Positions 10,301 to 19,071 of a stretch of DNA of 64,000 bases are shown here, in pieces. Position 1 is the first letter of the stretch; each line of letters begins with the position of its first letter. The notes beneath the pieces are model-generated. The model was not told the DNA's origin and did no database searches. It worked only from the letters and a program-made list of their open reading frames with translations. Origin of the DNA: an uncultured Flavobacteriales bacterium (GTDB lineage: Bacteria; Bacteroidota; Bacteroidia; Flavobacteriales_D; Parvicellaceae). Location of the stretch: the NCBI GenBank assembly GCA_964419055.1, contig CAYQNU010000010.1, forward strand, positions 16,202-80,201, in the 5' to 3' direction. Both the position numbers and the translations under genes were made by a program.

Positions 10301-11692
10301 CGCAAAAATGGGTACAAAAACAACCAAAATAATCATCACTCCATACACAGCAGAGCGATAAATCTGACCTGAAGATTCTTTTACTGCTTCACCTAATTGG
10401 TCTTGGGTTATGCGTTGTCCTTTGTATTTATGATGTAATAGGTGTAACAATCCTTCAACGGTAATGACTGCTCCATCAACCACAATTCCAAAATCTATGG
10501 CTCCTAACGACATTAAATTTGCAGAAACTCCAAAAACATACATCAAAGAAATAGCAAACAACATCGAAAGCGGAATCACCGAAGAAACGATTAAGCCTGC
10601 TCTAAAATTTCCTAAAAAAATCACCAAAACAAAAATCACAATTAACCCTCCTTCAATAAGGTTTTTGGTAACTGTGGAAATGGTTTTGCCTACCAAAACA
10701 GATCGATCCAAATAAGGGTAAAGGGTAACTCCTTCAGGCAATGATTTTTTTATCAACTCTACTCTATCGTGCACATTGGCAATGGCTTCTGATGAACTTG
10801 AACCTTTTAGCATTAACGAAATTCCACCCACTATTTCACCTTTTCCATCCATGGTCATAGCACCATATCTACTGGCATTTCCCCAATCTACTTTGGCAAC
10901 ATCTCGAATGTAAACAGGTGCACCATTGTCCACTTTTATTACAATATTGCCAATATCTTCAAAGGTTTTTAACATCCCTTCCATTCGAATATAATAAGCA
11001 TAATCGCCATATTCAATGTAATTTCCTCCGCTGTTGGCATTGTTGTTTTCAAGTGCTTTGCTAATTTCATCTAAAGTGACATTTCTGGCAATCATTAAAT
11101 CAGGATTTACACTCACTTCATATTGTTTGATAAATCCACCAAAGCTGCTCGTTTCTATGATTCCTACCGTCCCTGCAAATTGTCTTTTAACAATCCAATC
11201 TTGAATTGTGCGCAATTCCATAACGTCATACTGATCTTCATATCCAGGCTCTACCATCAGAACATATTGGTAAATTTCTCCTAAACCGGTTGTGATGGGC
11301 ATCAAAGAAGGCATTTCGCAACCCGATGGAATGTTGGTTTCAACCAATTTGAGTTGTTCGCCCACCATTTGACGCGCTTGATAAATGTCCATGCTTTCAT
11401 CAAAAACCACTGTAATTACAGAAAGACCGTATCTTGAGATACTACGTATTTCTATCACTTGAGGAAGATTGGTAACAACAGATTCTATTGGAAACGTAAC
11501 CAATTGCTCCATTTCCTCAGCAGATAGGGTTGCTGAACTGGTTACAATCTGGACTTGATTATTTGTGATATCAGGCACTGCATCAATAGCTAATTTGGAT
11601 AAGGAATATACACCTACTCCAGCCATTGCTAGCACCATTAATATGATGACTAATTTATTCGCAAGCGAATAAGCAATAATTTTTTGAAACAT
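7385..11692 (-). CDS. CusA/CzcA-family heavy-metal RND permease fused in frame to a TolC/CzcC-like outer-membrane factor module
   Basis: Residues ~1-1030 look like a full 12-TM RND permease. The segment KRTPRKQRR-VAPTVTTLVLMAIGSSFYG follows, then ~380 aa of heptad-rich OMF-like sequence. There is no stop codon between the modules. Confidence 0.8.
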   Translation of the reverse strand: MFQKIIAYSLANKLVIILMVLAMAGVGVYSLSKLAIDAVPDITNNQVQIVTSSATLSAEEMEQLVTFPIESVVTNLPQVIEIRSISRYGLSVITVVFDESMDIYQARQMVGEQLKLVETNIPSGCEMPSLMPITTGLGEIYQYVLMVEPGYEDQYDVMELRTIQDWIVKRQFAGTVGIIETSSFGGFIKQYEVSVNPDLMIARNVTLDEISKALENNNANSGGNYIEYGDYAYYIRMEGMLKTFEDIGNIVIKVDNGAPVYIRDVAKVDWGNASRYGAMTMDGKGEIVGGISLMLKGSSSSEAIANVHDRVELIKKSLPEGVTLYPYLDRSVLVGKTISTVTKNLIEGGLIVIFVLVIFLGNFRAGLIVSSVIPLSMLFAISLMYVFGVSANLMSLGAIDFGIVVDGAVITVEGLLHLLHHKYKGQRITQDQLGEAVKESSGQIYRSAVYGVMIILVVFVPIFALNGIEGKMFVPMAQTVSFAVLGSLFLTLTYVPVVSSLFLSKKIGSGNSFADKLERGLQKLYIPILTKSLSVPKVVVGIAFTFLIVSFVFFSRMGSEFIPTLEEGDLAIQVNIEPGSSLTRSIETCSTIEQLLKDNFPEVKHVVSKIGTAEVPTDPMAIENSDVMVILKDMEEWESVATRQELINKMIEKLAHLEAEGVSIEFSQPIQLRFNELMTGSKADVAIQIYGEDMGQLAQLGEKASQLIEGIQGAADVKMEVTEGLKQVKLKMNWPQLSLLSVDVKQVNNAISSAYAGNYVGAVFENERRFDLVVRLDKEAINELDLSRLYVVNKMGQNIALSQLVIAEETIGPMQISRENAQRRITIGVNVRDRDVASLVKEIQSKLDDELNLPPGYTVKYGGTFENLQHATARLSIAVPIALLLIIVILYFAFSSLKQALVIFIAVPLSAIGGIMALEFRGMPFSISAGIGFIALFGVAVLNGLVLMNEFIRIKHSENDLFNTILHGSKSRLRPVLMTALVASLGFLPMALSTTNGAEVQRPLATVVIGGLITSTLLTLLVLPAVYLLVEQKRTPRKQRRVAPTVTTLVLMAIGSSFYGQQIINEEQLIKLAITNNIELKKVDFEKQYWEVEKKRAYLLQPTEVMGQFGQINYSGVDYQAEIFQDLGKPWAIGAQKEWAQSGVTYSESKKALLERQITWYIKTTYQDLLLAQSAQNYLAKFIEAARNADTVAQNQFKVGHISLTEKLVIQQLLMELNRAQLQWVNFQQETVLALRTISGISNEYNFQYIPLVIATIKTESDSVVDILTQSDKAYISQLELQKEMVSNEKMPSIGVGYFNQSLERVSNFQGVRVGVTIPLFATGINQRVAQQTIAIDEQEAVIENKQVQLNNELVALNEKLVQQNTLLDQYKSLTNDVDNALNNLNDLLKNGAINQLDYAQQIRFLMQYQMDYLTLIQEYNCNVIKRDYLTALNF

Positions 11693-11753
11693 GATTTATA
11701 AATTTTTGTGAATACTTAATTAAAATGGAGGAATGCTCCATTAAGGAAATTAA

Positions 11754-12161
11754 TTAAGCCACAGGAGGAGCTCGGAAGCCCCAAGAAGAAGAAAAACCTT
11801 TTGACAACTGAATGCATTCAATTGATTTATCAAAATGGGTGTTTACAGGAGATGAAACAACTAAATCTGTTTGTACTACTGGAAATATAAAATTATGAAA
11901 ATAGTTAACTATAAACACAACTATTGGAGGAGTAAAATCAATTGATTGCGCTAATTCAACCTCTTCCATTTGACCATCGTGAGTCAATTCGTGGAAAATA
12001 AAATTTAAACTAAAACTTTTATTTTCAGTAGAAGTTTGATGGATTTCAGCATGCTTTTCATTAGAAACTTCTTGATGATGAAGATGAGGAAAAATAGCAT
12101 GCAACACGATGATAAATCCTGTTAAGTAAATGGCTATGTATTGTAAAATCTTCATGTACAA
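11754..12161 (-). CDS. small His-rich membrane-anchored protein at head of the RND operon
   Basis: One N-terminal TM helix followed by HAIFPHLHHQE...HAEIH...HELTHD. Same strand as the permease start and 61 bp upstream of it. The family assignment is not certain. Confidence 0.5.
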   Translation of the reverse strand: MYMKILQYIAIYLTGFIIVLHAIFPHLHHQEVSNEKHAEIHQTSTENKSFSLNFIFHELTHDGQMEEVELAQSIDFTPPIVVFIVNYFHNFIFPVVQTDLVVSSPVNTHFDKSIECIQLSKGFSSSWGFRAPPVA

Positions 12162-12226
12162 GACAAAGGTATGGAAATTTAAAGATAATTAAAACAACCA
12201 ATGGTTATTTTAAGTTAAAATTACGT

Positions 12227-12883
12227 TTATTTAAACCCATTCTTCACAAACTTCACATATTCTTTAAATGCTTCTTTTTTTGTGAAAACATTTTTTATGA
12301 TGTTCCATTTTGAAGGAGTTATAGGTTCGGTTGGTTTTGCTTTCGATTCAATCACTACTTCATTCTTTGGAGGTTCGCTTATATTATTTTGTTTTTTGGT
12401 CAATGATATGGAACCATCCACATCACTTTCCACCACTTCTGCTTCAGGCAAAGAAATACCTCTTTCGTTAAGAATTCCTTCCAATTCATCTGCTTTTTTG
12501 AAATGGCGCTTGGCAGCCTCAATCTTTCCGGCTGCCTCTAACAAAATGCCTAAATTATTATAAGCAACGGCATCATCTGGGTCCAATTCCACACATTTTT
12601 CATAGTCGAGAATAGCTCCTTTTGTCATTTTCATAGATGACTTTATATAAGCTCTGCTGCTGTATCGATATGGATTATTGGGTTCTAAAGCTACGGCTTT
12701 ATCCAATTCCATCAACGCCATATTCTTGTCGCCCATATGAAAATAAACCACGGCTCTTTCCGAAATATAATTGGCATTGTTGGCATCTTCCGCCAATGCT
12801 TCATTTAATAATTGCAGTGCTTGTGGCAACTCTCTTTTTACAAGATATTCTTGAGCCAAAAGCCATTTTTGATGAGCGTTCAT
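12227..12883 (-). CDS. TPR-repeat protein
   Basis: Several 34-aa TPR-like units (..AVVYFHMGDKNMALMELDKAVALEPNNP.., ..AYNNLGILLEAAGKIEAAKRHFKKA..). Confidence 0.7.
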   Translation of the reverse strand: MNAHQKWLLAQEYLVKRELPQALQLLNEALAEDANNANYISERAVVYFHMGDKNMALMELDKAVALEPNNPYRYSSRAYIKSSMKMTKGAILDYEKCVELDPDDAVAYNNLGILLEAAGKIEAAKRHFKKADELEGILNERGISLPEAEVVESDVDGSISLTKKQNNISEPPKNEVVIESKAKPTEPITPSKWNIIKNVFTKKEAFKEYVKFVKNGFK

Positions 12884-12970
12884 ACGTTGAAATTATGATG
12901 CAAAGTTATAGCCTAGTCATCAAATAACAGAATATTGAGTTACTTTGTATTTCAAAACTTAATTTCCCGT

Positions 12971-13222
12971 ATGCATTCATTTCCACAATATCGAAAATAT
13001 TCAAATGGAACTATCTATTTTAAAATTGAATCGGAAAAACGGTTCATTGAGGTTTCATTTATCGGTAAAAAGCCATTTATAATTGAAATAAACGCTATTC
13101 AATACCCCGAATTTTTGAGAATCATGGATATGTTGGATTGTAAAGATGGTATATGGGAAGTTGTTGATCAAAGCGAATTTGAAAATGTCGTAAGACCTAT
13201 AAACCTGAGTTCTACAGAATGA
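12971..13222 (+). CDS. hypothetical small protein
   Basis: ORF with an ATG at 12971; the track start at 12935 is TTG. No recognisable motif. Confidence 0.3.
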   Translation: MHSFPQYRKYSNGTIYFKIESEKRFIEVSFIGKKPFIIEINAIQYPEFLRIMDMLDCKDGIWEVVDQSEFENVVRPINLSSTE

Positions 13223-13468
13223 ACACGATGTTAATTCTTTAAGAGGCCACAACGATTTTTTGATGTTGCTTATAATAAATTAAACCACAAAGTCATTGTG
13301 AACACTAAGATTATTGATGTAACTTGTGGAGTTTTAAAACAAAGACACGGGCAAAATGATTTCATTTTACCTCTAAAAAATAAAGCCACGAATGCACGAA
13401 TGGAAATTGATTTTTGGTTAATTTAATTAAACTAATACACGAATGGTTTATTAACCAGAAACTCTTCC

Positions 13469-13566
13469 TTCTCGATACAAATTCCTGATTTTGTATTTCC
13501 TTTTCTACTGAAAAGCAAACAAAATCTATGAATTTTTCCGATAGCTATCGGAACGAAGTGACTACT
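13469..13566 (+). repeat. dispersed intergenic repeat, copy A (TTCTCGATACAA...AACAAAATCNATG...CGAACG..GACTA)
   Basis: Aligns by eye over ~85-100 nt, in the same orientation, with 33225-33308. Confidence 0.6.
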
Positions 13567-13668
13567 TACCGAATAACTGAACAATGCAGACGCAAGGTCT
13601 GCACCAAGACAAGCTTTGCTTCGTCTTGGCTGAATAACTGAGTTACCTTCCAACTGCTAAAAATAATC

Positions 13669-13753
13669 TATAATCGCATTTTTATATATAATTATGTGAT
13701 TATAATCGCAGATTTATATATAATAATAAGATTATAATTGCAGATTTATATAT
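13669..13753 (+). repeat. three direct 22-bp repeats (TATAATCGCAGATTTATATATA) at an exact 32-bp period
   Basis: Repeat cores at 13669-13690, 13701-13722 and 13733-13753 with 1-3 mismatches. The third copy abuts TATCTTTG (13751-13758), a TAnnTTTG-type -7 box about 20 bp before the ATG at 13778. Confidence 0.8.
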
Positions 13754-13777
13754 CTTTGTAATTAAAATAATGAGCAT

Positions 13778-14911
13778 ATGTTAAATTTAGAGCGAAAACT
13801 TAAGCAAAACTTATTGGATAAATGGGATTCTGGTAAAGTGCTCATAGTAATTGGTCCAAGGCAAGTTGGTAAAACAACATTGATTCGTTCTTTATGCGAA
13901 AAAGAAGGTAATTATTTATTCATTAACGGAGACGATAGTGAAGATCGTCTTTTATTTGAAAATGCAGGAGAAAATAAATTGCGAAGCATTATTGGTGATT
14001 ACAAAACAATTTTTGTAGATGAAGCTCAACGTATACCCAAAATTGGAATTACCTTAAAAATCATTCATGACAATATTAAAAATGTTCGCATACTGGTTAG
14101 TGGTTCTTCAGCTTTAGATTTGGCAAATAAAATGAACGAACCCCTAACTGGAAGAAAATGGGAATTTAATCTTTTTCCATTTACTTGGATTGAAATGAAA
14201 AAACATTTTGGATTTGTTCAAAATACAAAAAATTTACCCCTATATTTAATTTACGGTACCTATCCTGAAGTCATTACCAATCCTACAGAAGCGGAGAGCA
14301 CATTAAAACAAATATCAGGGAGTTATCTTTATAAAGATTTGTTGCAATATCAAGGTATAAGAAAACCCGAAGTGTTGGATAAAATATTATTGGCGCTAGC
14401 ATTGCAAATAGGTTCTGAAGTAAACTTTACTGAACTTTCACGCACTGTGATGGTAGACAGAGGCACTGTGGAACAATACATTGCTTTATTAGAAAAAGCC
14501 TATGTGATATTTAGACTTAACCCTTTGAGTAGAAATGTTCGCAATGAGATAAATACCTCCCGAAAAATTTATTTTTACGACAATGGAATTCGCAATGCCA
14601 TCATCGGTAATTTTAAGTCTTTAGAATTTAGGCAAGATGTGGGGGCCTTGTGGGAAAATTTTATGATTGCCGAAAGAGTTAAGTTTTTGAACTATGAAAA
14701 ATGGCACGGACGCACTTATTTTTGGCGAACGTATCAGCAGCAGGAAATTGATTGGGTAGAAGAAATTGATGGTGCATTTAGAGCTTATGAATTTAAATGG
14801 AAATCTAAACAAAGAACTAAAAAATTCCCATCAACGTTTTTAGAAAACTATCCTGTTACTTCTGCTGAAGTAATTTCTCCTGAAAATTTAGATGAATTTT
14901 TGGCGTATTAA
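13778..14911 (+). CDS. AAA+ ATPase with C-terminal DUF4143-like (PD-(D/E)xK-like) domain
   Basis: Walker A GPRQVGKTT and Walker B IFVDEAQ. The C-terminal motif EIDWVEE...AYEFKWKSK resembles the restriction-endonuclease-like D/E...ExK signature (COG1373-type proteins). Confidence 0.75.
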   Translation: MLNLERKLKQNLLDKWDSGKVLIVIGPRQVGKTTLIRSLCEKEGNYLFINGDDSEDRLLFENAGENKLRSIIGDYKTIFVDEAQRIPKIGITLKIIHDNIKNVRILVSGSSALDLANKMNEPLTGRKWEFNLFPFTWIEMKKHFGFVQNTKNLPLYLIYGTYPEVITNPTEAESTLKQISGSYLYKDLLQYQGIRKPEVLDKILLALALQIGSEVNFTELSRTVMVDRGTVEQYIALLEKAYVIFRLNPLSRNVRNEINTSRKIYFYDNGIRNAIIGNFKSLEFRQDVGALWENFMIAERVKFLNYEKWHGRTYFWRTYQQQEIDWVEEIDGAFRAYEFKWKSKQRTKKFPSTFLENYPVTSAEVISPENLDEFLAY

Positions 14912-14947
14912 ATGAGTGTTTAACCAATCAAAGGTTGGTAAAATACA

Positions 14948-16387
14948 CTATTTTAGGGGCGTCTTCTTTAATACTGCACATAAAAACTGCCAGAACTTTT
15001 GTACGGAAGCAATGTTCACCATTTCATCGGGAGAATGCGGATTTCGAATGGTTGGTCCAAATGAGACCATATCCAAACCAGGATATCGTTCATTTAAAAT
15101 GCCGCATTCCAATCCAGCATGACAAGCTTTTATTTTTGGATTTTCGTTATACATTTGGATATACAACTTTTCCATTATACCCAACACTTTTGAGTTAGGA
15201 TTGGGAGCCCATCCTGGATAAGACCCGGTGTGCTCAACAGTACAACCCATTAATCGAAATACAGCCCCAACGGTATGAGCCACATCAATTTTGGAGGATT
15301 CTACACTACTACGCTGTAAACTTTGTGTTTTGAAAACGCCCTCTTTAATAATTACACGTGCCAATGAAGAAGATGTTTCTACCAATCCTTTTATAGCTGA
15401 ACTCATGCGATAAACACTATTAAACACAGCATAAAGTGCCGTTGTAATCTTCTCCGTATCTTCTATTGACATAGCGGTAGATGGCAATTGGGCAGGTTCA
15501 ATTGAAATGGATAAATTGGCATCCGAAAGCGCAAATTCATTTTTTATTTCATTTGCCACTTTGTTAAAATGATCAAGATATTTTTCGTCAGAAACAACAA
15601 TTGTTGCAAACGATTCCCTTGGAATAGCGTTTCTCAAACTACCTCCATTTATTTCAACTATCCTTAGGGTATATTTTGATGTGCCATAGAGCAATCTATT
15701 CATTATTTTATTGGCGTTTCCACGTTCTAAATGAATGTCCATTCCTGAATGGCCTCCTTTTAGCCCTTTTACAGTAATAGCAAAAGCTTTATCTGTTGAA
15801 GGCACTGCAACTGATGTATAGGAATACGTTGTATTGGTATCAATTCCTCCGGCACAACCTATAGAAAATTCGTCATCATCTTCAGTATCTAAATTCAATA
15901 AAATAGTTCCCTTTAAAATATGTTGCTCCAAATTAAAAGCACCCGTCATACCCGTTTCTTCATCAATGGTAAACAATGCTTCTAAAGCTGGATGTTCAAC
16001 ATCTTTACTTGCTAACAGTGTCATAGCAGCAGCTGCTCCCATACCATTATCTGCTCCCAAAGTAGTTCCTTTAGCTTTTACCCAATCTCCGTCAATATAA
16101 CTTTGAATTCCCATGGTATCAAAATCAAAATCGGTATCCGCATTTTTTTGGTGTACCATATCAATGTGGGTTTGTAAAATGACCGTTTGACAATGTTCCA
16201 TACCTGCAGTGGCCGGTTTGCGGATAATTACGTTACCTATAGGATCTACATAAGTATCTAATCCTAAATTTTCACCAAATGACTTAACAAATGCAATAAT
16301 TCGTTCTTCTTTTTTTGATGGGCGAGGTACCGCGTTTAAATCTTCAAAATTATTCCAAAGTGCTTTTGGTTCCAATTGACGTGTCAT
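14948..16387 (-). CDS. pepD: aminoacyl-histidine (Xaa-His) dipeptidase, M20 family
   Basis: Motifs HIDMVHQKN, LGADNGMG and IDEETGMTGA. The ~480 aa length is typical of PepD. Confidence 0.85.
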   Translation of the reverse strand: MTRQLEPKALWNNFEDLNAVPRPSKKEERIIAFVKSFGENLGLDTYVDPIGNVIIRKPATAGMEHCQTVILQTHIDMVHQKNADTDFDFDTMGIQSYIDGDWVKAKGTTLGADNGMGAAAAMTLLASKDVEHPALEALFTIDEETGMTGAFNLEQHILKGTILLNLDTEDDDEFSIGCAGGIDTNTTYSYTSVAVPSTDKAFAITVKGLKGGHSGMDIHLERGNANKIMNRLLYGTSKYTLRIVEINGGSLRNAIPRESFATIVVSDEKYLDHFNKVANEIKNEFALSDANLSISIEPAQLPSTAMSIEDTEKITTALYAVFNSVYRMSSAIKGLVETSSSLARVIIKEGVFKTQSLQRSSVESSKIDVAHTVGAVFRLMGCTVEHTGSYPGWAPNPNSKVLGIMEKLYIQMYNENPKIKACHAGLECGILNERYPGLDMVSFGPTIRNPHSPDEMVNIASVQKFWQFLCAVLKKTPLK

Positions 16388-16531
16388 AGCTTATTTAAAT
16401 TAAAAATGTGGTTATATAAAATGCATTTAAACGATGTAATAGCTCAATAAAGAATCCTTAAATCAAATCTGATTGCTTATGGATCTGGATATTAATTGCC
16501 AAAATCTATTCGTTAAAATTCTTAATAAAAA

Positions 16532-18919
16532 TTAGAATTTGATGGAATATTGAACAATTATTGTTCTAGGGGGCATAACGTTACCCGGACGGTTAGAATA
16601 CTCTCTGTTGAATGCATTATTAAGAATAAGCGCTAATTTAGAATATTCACCCAATTTAACACTCGCTCTGAAATCTGTAATAATATCTCCTGTTCTACGA
16701 GCGTTTCTATAATCAGTGAATCCTGGCAATAATTGGTCACCTAAAAATGGATCGACAAAAGCGTAATCAACATTTTCTTGAAAAGAATTGTATCGGGTAC
16801 TCACGCCAAATGCCACTTTTTTGTATTCCACTTGTAAATCTAATTTAAATAAGTGACGTGTTCGGTATTTTAATATTCTTGAAGTATCGCTGAACGTTTC
16901 AAAATATAAAGAATCCACGTCTTGGCTAACTTTTGGGTCAATATATGTGTAACCTGCCAATACGTTGAAATCAAATTCACCTATTTTACCCGTTCCCATT
17001 ACAGATATTTCCCCACCTGAAATTATGGCATTTTCAACATTTCTTGATTGAGCACCGAAATTTGCAATGGTAGGATAATTATTACCATTGGGTCCAAAAT
17101 CCCATTCAGTACCATCGGCATTATAGAAACCAAAGGTGAATTCCATCATATCTCTGTATCCGGTTACAAAACCAGCTAAATCTAAATACCCTCTAAAGTT
17201 TTTAATTTTAAACCCTTGTTTCAAACCTACTTCTGCACTCCATCCAGTTTCTGCATTCACTTTTTGATTTGGAAAAACGGTTAAAGCACCAACTGCTGTT
17301 GAAATATGACGTTCGGCAATGGTTGGGAAACGATAACCTTCACCATAACTTGCTCTTAGAAAGGTATGTTCTGCAGGTTGGTAGGTAGTTCCAAATCGCA
17401 TAACTGGCTTGAAAGGTAATGTGTCTCCAAAAAGCCTTGATTTTTCTTGGGTTTTAGCATCGTTAATTCTGTATTGCTCAACTCGTAATCCTCCAGTAAA
17501 ATTAAACTTTTTGTATTTTTTATCAAATTGTGCAAAAACGGCAACATTGTTTGCGTCATGATCTCCATACAACTCAGAATTTACTGTACTGTACATATTC
17601 ATTACCCCAAAAGTCGAATTGAAATCATTTTTCCATTTTTTCTGAAATTGATATTCGGCATAATATAAGGTTGCAATAGCATCTTGATTGGTATTATTTC
17701 TATTGGTGGTATTGTAATACCTCGTTCTAAGACTGTGCTTATTCCCGACTGAATCATAGTAGGTAACATAGGGATCAAAACTTATACGTAACGAAGTATA
17801 ATCGCTCAAAGTAGTTGTTGCAGTATCTGTTAAACCACTTGGATAATAAACACTATCAGCATTTTGCCATAGAAAAAACAACGTTCCTACCGTATAATTA
17901 TAATTTCCATTGATTCCGTAATTTAATCCTTGAATTTTTTTAGAACGATAACGAGTATTAAAATTAAGTCTTCCTCTATGCTCATTTTCACCCAAACGAT
18001 ACCCTTCATCCGTTAAAAAATTACCTCCAATTACAAAATCCAAATTTTCCTTAATTCTCCTTGAATGTAAAAAATTTCCGGTAACGTAATAGTTTGTATT
18101 GGGATTCCAATTTTTATAGCTACGACTCAATAAAGTGTCTTCACCAAACTGATTCTTACTTCTTTGGGTTCCTGTTGAAGGCATATAAACACCATTAGAA
18201 ATATTAATATAGGTTTCGGGTTTTGATTTAGGATAAGCCGTACGAATATTAATTATACCATTTAGAGCAGAAGACCCATATAACACAGAAGAAGCACCTT
18301 TAATTATTTCCATTTGCTCCATATTCTCAATAGGAAGCGAACCCCATTTAATATCACCTGCATCTGCGGCAATCATAGGCATGTCATCTACCATCAACAG
18401 CACTCTACTCCCCGAACCATAACTAAACCCACTTCCACCTCTTATACTAACATTACCTTCTTGCATTTGCACCCCAGGACATTGATCAACAACAGCCTCA
18501 GGTGATTTAACCGCTTTATTATTGGCCAAATCAGGCTTAATCACTTGAATAGAAACAGCTACTTCACCAATGTTTTGTTCAAATTTACTGGCTGAAATAA
18601 CAACATCATCTAAAAACGAACCTTCCGCGTCTAACACTGAGTTTAATTCTAAAGTTTGCCCAGCTACTACAGTAATCTTTTTTGTAATCGTTACATAACC
18701 AACATATCTTATCGATATTTCATAGGACCCAGGTTCAGTTTCAACACTATATTCTCCTTCTATATTAGTAGCATTACCTTTACCATTACTCAAAATAACA
18801 TTCACACCTGGCAAGGCTTCTTTAGTTTTTGAATCTGTAATTTTTCCTTTTACAAATCCATTTTGACCCACTATAGCCAAATTAATAAACAATATAAAAA
18901 TCAAATATATTTTATTCAT
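16532..18919 (-). CDS. TonB-dependent receptor with N-terminal CarboxypepD_reg-like domain
   Basis: Signal peptide, then GKITDSKTKEALPGVNV (carboxypeptidase-regulatory-like domain), a plug region (IIKGASSVLYGSSALNGIINI) and a beta-barrel ending in F. Confidence 0.85.
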   Translation of the reverse strand: MNKIYLIFILFINLAIVGQNGFVKGKITDSKTKEALPGVNVILSNGKGNATNIEGEYSVETEPGSYEISIRYVGYVTITKKITVVAGQTLELNSVLDAEGSFLDDVVISASKFEQNIGEVAVSIQVIKPDLANNKAVKSPEAVVDQCPGVQMQEGNVSIRGGSGFSYGSGSRVLLMVDDMPMIAADAGDIKWGSLPIENMEQMEIIKGASSVLYGSSALNGIINIRTAYPKSKPETYINISNGVYMPSTGTQRSKNQFGEDTLLSRSYKNWNPNTNYYVTGNFLHSRRIKENLDFVIGGNFLTDEGYRLGENEHRGRLNFNTRYRSKKIQGLNYGINGNYNYTVGTLFFLWQNADSVYYPSGLTDTATTTLSDYTSLRISFDPYVTYYDSVGNKHSLRTRYYNTTNRNNTNQDAIATLYYAEYQFQKKWKNDFNSTFGVMNMYSTVNSELYGDHDANNVAVFAQFDKKYKKFNFTGGLRVEQYRINDAKTQEKSRLFGDTLPFKPVMRFGTTYQPAEHTFLRASYGEGYRFPTIAERHISTAVGALTVFPNQKVNAETGWSAEVGLKQGFKIKNFRGYLDLAGFVTGYRDMMEFTFGFYNADGTEWDFGPNGNNYPTIANFGAQSRNVENAIISGGEISVMGTGKIGEFDFNVLAGYTYIDPKVSQDVDSLYFETFSDTSRILKYRTRHLFKLDLQVEYKKVAFGVSTRYNSFQENVDYAFVDPFLGDQLLPGFTDYRNARRTGDIITDFRASVKLGEYSKLALILNNAFNREYSNRPGNVMPPRTIIVQYSIKF

Positions 18920-19071
18920 AATTTCATTTTAAGCAATTCCCGAAATTATACAATAGTTTTGAGATATGTTAAAAAAATATAAATTTTCGACTAACAATTA
19001 AAAAATAGCAATGAAACATGAGTTAACTGTTTTGTCTACTCCTTTTTTAATGACGAGAAAATAAACTTTAA

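Noticed and set aside
13432-13653. 73-aa minus-strand ORF in the repeat-rich gap
   Set aside because: It spans dispersed repeat copy A and two strong hairpins, and it has no coding-like composition.
13669-13753. Possible mini-CRISPR array
   Set aside because: There are only three 22-bp AT-rich repeats with 10-bp spacers, and no cas genes anywhere in the window. The geometry fits protein-binding sites, not CRISPR.
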